Virus record (IMG/VR): IMGVR_UViG_3300042549_004104
Span: 64,001-128,000 of that record
Length of the DNA: 64,000 bases
Source: a virus
Taxonomy: Duplodnaviria > Heunggongvirae > Uroviricota > Caudoviricetes
Direction: 5' to 3' (one strand)
Position 1 is the stretch's first letter, and every line of letters starts with the position of its first letter. This document shows positions 63,501-64,000 of the stretch, in pieces. A model generated the notes under the pieces. It saw only the letters and a list, made by a program, of their open reading frames with translations. It did no database searches and was not told the origin of the DNA. Position numbers and translations under genes: made by a program.

Positions 63501-64000
63501 AATGATTGTGTGATAAAAGTTATTGATATTGATTTAGGAGTTATCACAGAAATTGAAATAGATACTTCATCAGGTACTCCTTTAGATGTGCGTTTGGCAA
63601 GTTTACAAGGTGCGGTATTACCAATAGTAAGTGTTACTAGTGATGACGGAAACGCAGTTGCTACTGTAAATTATGGATATAGTGCATTACATCCGGGCCA
63701 AGTTAATGGATCATTAATGTATTTTTACCGAGTTCATTCTGCTTATCCTTATGATGATAGCAGTTCAGGTGGTGCAATTATTGATGTATATTGGCCTAAA
63801 TTTAATCCTAGTGATATTAATAATTTATATTATATTCAAGTGGTAGACCCCGGCTCTATATATACGACCGGAGATACTATTTCTATTCCTGGAGATCCGT
63901 ACTTGGGCGGTGTTACTGGTATTAACGATTGTAAGATTTACATTCAAGCAAACTTAGACGGATCAATATTTTCAACTAATGTAACTGGATTTAGTAACGG
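51576..64000 (+). CDS. Giant baseplate-associated protein (gp7-like position), >4,140 aa, 3' end outside window
   Basis: ATG at 51576 after AGGT (MVTKVRTIDFLPEIFKTKTNSQFLQATLDQL...). Spot translations at 52.1, 52.7, 58.1, 60 and 62 kb are in the same frame, and the track lists no closed plus-strand ORF here, which implies no stop. Contains FG-GAP-like repeats and EVKPYH (gp7-like motif). Confidence 0.85.
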   Translation, partial: MVTKVRTIDFLPEIFKTKTNSQFLQATLDQLTQQPDFKRIQGYIGSKFGYGVNTTDKYLEEPSKSRTNYQLEPSIVFKKTDTSIAKDILTYQGLLDSLTLQGSLGENISDSLQNQFYSWDSFVDLDKIINYSQYYWLPFGPDSVIITQDQLYKNLTYTVTSEPSQYFFDTEEFNIDQSNPQITLVRGGTYVFAVNQNSKFYIQTNVGINGVEVTRPNFSTREVYGVANNGASTGLVTFTVPLSNAQDEWNFPGNLNIDLVTTLKYEDVQGKILNDIGGIGNYINKTLLFYGNPAGTLGAKYGFYGSEYDVDPFEYTTYTDVTKNYYTINVLDNGVINLVEAGLLPDNTKITINFGTQYVYRNFVKSSLGEIVLIPYLTAKLDTYYYQDSEDSNKYGIIRIVDSNTSSNIDINDILGKKQYISPNNIKFTNGLKVEFAGNIYPEQYAQGQYYVEGVGTSIQLLPVTDFTIVEDFGESSTAPFDTYSYDSTNYADTLFYPKDPDYITIARNSINKNAWSRSNRWFHIDVLNTTLQYAESTENTYNALNNSDTRGKRPIVEFYPNLKLYNLGSVSKPNTSFIDFSSTDAFSQVAGQTSFSPNGESIAIFDGATIIFAGDTDLNIRNKIFVVSFESLSGVSTPVITLTPIENGNILYNDQTVITIGDNYQGETFWFDGTNWIQGQLKTRTNQPPLFDVFDKNNISYGDKDFYPSSDFEGCTLFEYTIGTGTDDPVLKFPIKYSSLNNLGDISFTVSLNTQTFNYVDGSLSVTSNINNGYVFDYYDRVNYNRAIGWQTAIGESFQYQVFNTTYTSIPIEPTFTFDIAAKVQTSTPWPVLTVYVDNVRLAQTEFSYIITDNTTTITLTTTPFIGTTIDVLIYSDQSSKTGYYEIPSNLDHNPFNSEITTINLGDIRGHYKSICNNSPNFSGLAFGSNNYRDLGNVIPYGMRIVQNSAPLVAAGAFLRNPYVNFFDALNFSGVEYIKFKALILQTIQNNDYNSLDTSAYILDDVLEKIGQSKINSNPFFWSDMLPNKNAEAINSYVFKSDISTSNFTLSRIYDFTKANYYGVLVYLTRRVNGTIRYIQLIKDVDYIISSTEEKITVTKDLINNDVITIKEYNQTYGSYVPNTPTKIGLYPASLPQVVYDTSYVKPTYFIKGHDGSFNKLYGKYVDGFLTDYRDSVLLEFETRIYNNLKISSDIALEYDDVAPGYFRDTGVSYTDFLNVYLTQFLNWVGTNRIDYQEHDDYVSTNPYTFNYAGSTLKIDKSKNSIGNWRGLYNYLYDTATPNTTPWEILGLINKPDWWDTYYGEAPYTSDNTFMWDDISRGFVYNNGNSYINTKRIRDGLLNIIPVDSDGNLKSPFEFLINSYDVNNFSNIWKAGDTGPAEYSYLKSSSWPFDLMRLYALFKPAKFFGLSIDVDEYKYNNEFNQYLYQDRFRDSLSNLSIYGNGTSKNSYINWLVDYLSQYGIDGHADILTLLKNLDVRLSYRLAGFTDKDLIKFFVEKGTPNSSNNSLMIPDDSYSIILYDNPPNDTIRYSSIIIQKVSNGYRVLGNNQNRTYFVSLSPIQDGLFQTISVNDVTVRVPKNYRDRKVLTPYGSLFTNQEDLFTFMRGYGKYLESQGMTFDDIENGIELSWDQMLAETLYWVETGWDVGSIINVNPASRIINVDKDNNVVQPLTLTKENFILNQNSTPILLSDMNIFRQGTTFNVKALNEGDSMSFFNSNLSTIEHVVVFNNETVFNDVIYNLITGLRQQRIYVKGSKSAGWEGYVNAAGFILNQDNIEEWVENKKYTKGTIVKFKNEYYSAKEIITLPKIKFDYNDWNKTSYDMIQKGLLPNPSTRSAEATKFYDTVNPNLANDGDLLSFSLIGYRPRQYFASANFDDATQVNLYKNMIGVKGTVDSVTKLQGINVQQNTLNYDIHENWAIKSSEFGGLLNQNFIEFTLNEAELTGDPSIVSVINNIGVDGAQQQIPLNKIKNYGRPLSNTDILPILPSNTEEKLPSAGYVNIDDVLQYGYTVNNLLDAEIYNLYKNDYLWVADKDNTWQVYTPSSYGAIVISILNNLNGTVTVIFDKPHSLLLNQVFGILNFDSRIDGYHLIEQVVSLTSLVIRLTLDPGIISLTGNGLSFLLQSQRVATARDISGLPLLNAEYDTNRVWVDQNQNGDWTVYEKTNNYTGSGLPTVGLSVDNFGSSVAYIENVGYFVGDPTNGSVYHYAKSPAGVFYLRNTITYPGSDFGTSIITSQDLIIISSPDVTLSQIYIYKIPPSGEINSIILQEVISIGGARVGDSMAISGDGNWLYLGAKTVNIVLLFQRIGVLTYQAAGLSLAEATVLNSNSFVCDGDVRTLLSEGQLVNFLVSYTSQSMSLAQPTVELDTFFVVEGDQRSKLANGDKISFYNTGAVGTYLYTIATESYDSIDDTTTFYTLEEFEVGVIIPPGTNVYKVNFNDNLTFTVVTGTYDNITDTTTFYTLEKIEYTASSGSNIYIGNVNFALSTFLDSILANVNAEYGGSISTNYDGSRLFIGSPKEDYSESVLDTGVVYVYDRLIQNYEIQYNQTDAVLLIRTAFNLNPQTRILRNGVFLPPNQYVIILNAVIIGVIGVKAGDIITVSSADFVNTFRLSNMDDPSDLRPGELFGFALDCNKYGSELLIGCPYDVSNDNTKEGSVVRFTDEGKRYGIITGVLACNIIQSTYILLNGYEVALRNDTPLLVSITGGVSTTVTISTTMAATLPSNGIITVQNSSTGDFELLFYNSVNVSTGVLTCATAAVNSYTANQANVILPLGNASNVAAKINQTFITNIFAYSTLDGRLIIRLRDQSLGQLNNKLTISVFNGNYLYQMGFFFPKSQVIQDPHPQTSTQFGYAIKHNEESSFVVGAPVNSRYVATKFDYSNDSNNHNDTVFDNNLTVFEDNYTNAGSVYMYDYIEAYDESLNNIGNYIYAQSCNDTTLEYGVQPQYGKALSFNNNAVMIGAPNLQTTISPGGKAMLWKNDSGVKNWHVYREGDDIVDVSKLQKVQLYDNTNDNNLISLDYIDPLQGKLLGAVRENIDFISTTDPAGYNAPGVNKGTKVWTKSFVGKIWFDTTTTKFLNYHQDDVIYNSKYFGMVFPGSDITVYSWIESNVIPALYEGPGTPYDFAKYSTILETDSNNNLITRYFYWVRNTNIINTAQYKTLSDTIIERYIADPISSGIAYMTPLRPNTFGLYNSQEYINDTSTNMHVGFSSGGNDTKGHVEFQLIRSNYDTDFLPGFPEPVKGYILPTGLYDRFIDSLAGVDESGLIVPDPTLPKLLQLGINVRPRQGFFINRLEALRNYLEYANQVIAQYPINEFGNITFLYEQGDYFDVANYWENIYWWETGYSNSTRTVLDVASYTDLSTLSVTEGTIVGVVSNAQGNREVYIYTDSTWNRIGLQNGTIRFLSTLWNYTTNMIGFGDSFFDNSSYDSYPSTETRYIIRALNEQIYIGPLLTHRNKSLILIFEYIQSENIESQNYLPWLNKTSFADVSYSVRTLTTNQKFQRDNQSLLEGYINEVKPYHVVMKEFYLKYDKTDLYNTDITDYDLPSLYNTSVSNFVSPQLVYKEFPNKPAYEFNTTSSVWELPNYAQWFNNYGLVIGTLDNVVMGVLISYISSISTEIYVDTVDGFPVAGVIKIDDEIMAYTSVNRVNKLLLGISRGINNTTPVEHFTKSTVYMDVPGINVLNSGRDYDDIPTVTAVVDTTKYPAPRKAASLVSIMSGNKVVGVKVTDPGDGYVVTPNIVFEDAYYVTTTLDRINFLNHTIQFLDITFSTGELVYLEGVSSNGYTIVPDGFYYIGVIQIETTFSITPNGIIVSLHTNYQDSIDGQNHIIFVNENTVPADYEQKMSIRARAIPSMVNNKIRSLKPTLCFDRTSYESRIKEWVPGAYYSSPYISIGNDASNPDKLYIGTPYDEMSGTVSPAGGSGATFTIYNILMGGNYEADIEFGGTGYDVNDLITILGTDLGGTTPANDCVIKVIDIDLGVITEIEIDTSSGTPLDVRLASLQGAVLPIVSVTSDDGNAVATVNYGYSALHPGQVNGSLMYFYRVHSAYPYDDSSSGGAIIDVYWPKFNPSDINNLYYIQVVDPGSIYTTGDTISIPGDPYLGGVTGINDCKIYIQANLDGSIFSTNVTGFSN

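Noticed and set aside
1-64000. Alternative genetic code, tRNAs, inteins or homing endonucleases
   Set aside because: Conserved genes are full length in the standard code; no cloverleafs, intein termini or HNH/GIY-YIG/LAGLIDADG motifs were noticed.

Overview
A 64-kb, AT-rich segment of a large T4-related myophage genome covering virion morphogenesis and late-transcription/recombination genes. 1-24 kb (minus strand): an array of repetitive fibre/adhesin-like genes built from shared modules, including a six-LamG protein and a protein with an intact cupredoxin-type Cu motif. 24-33 kb (minus): head module (gp23 capsid, gp22 scaffold, gp21 protease, acidic core protein, inserted methyltransferase, gp20 portal) and a tape-measure-like protein with an M15 peptidase motif. 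33-40 kb: gp26/gp51, a ~520-bp intergenic gap containing a candidate ~360-nt highly structured RNA, a Holliday junction resolvase, gp46/gp47 and the late sigma factor gp55. 40-64 kb (plus): baseplate genes ending in a >4,100-codon ORF that is missing from the ORF track because it runs off the window. T4-type late promoter boxes (NNTAAATA) sit in most intergenic gaps, several placing +1 on the start codon. The best novelty candidate is the structured non-coding element at ~34.48-34.84 kb. All calls come from motif recognition by eye; no searches or folding programs were run.
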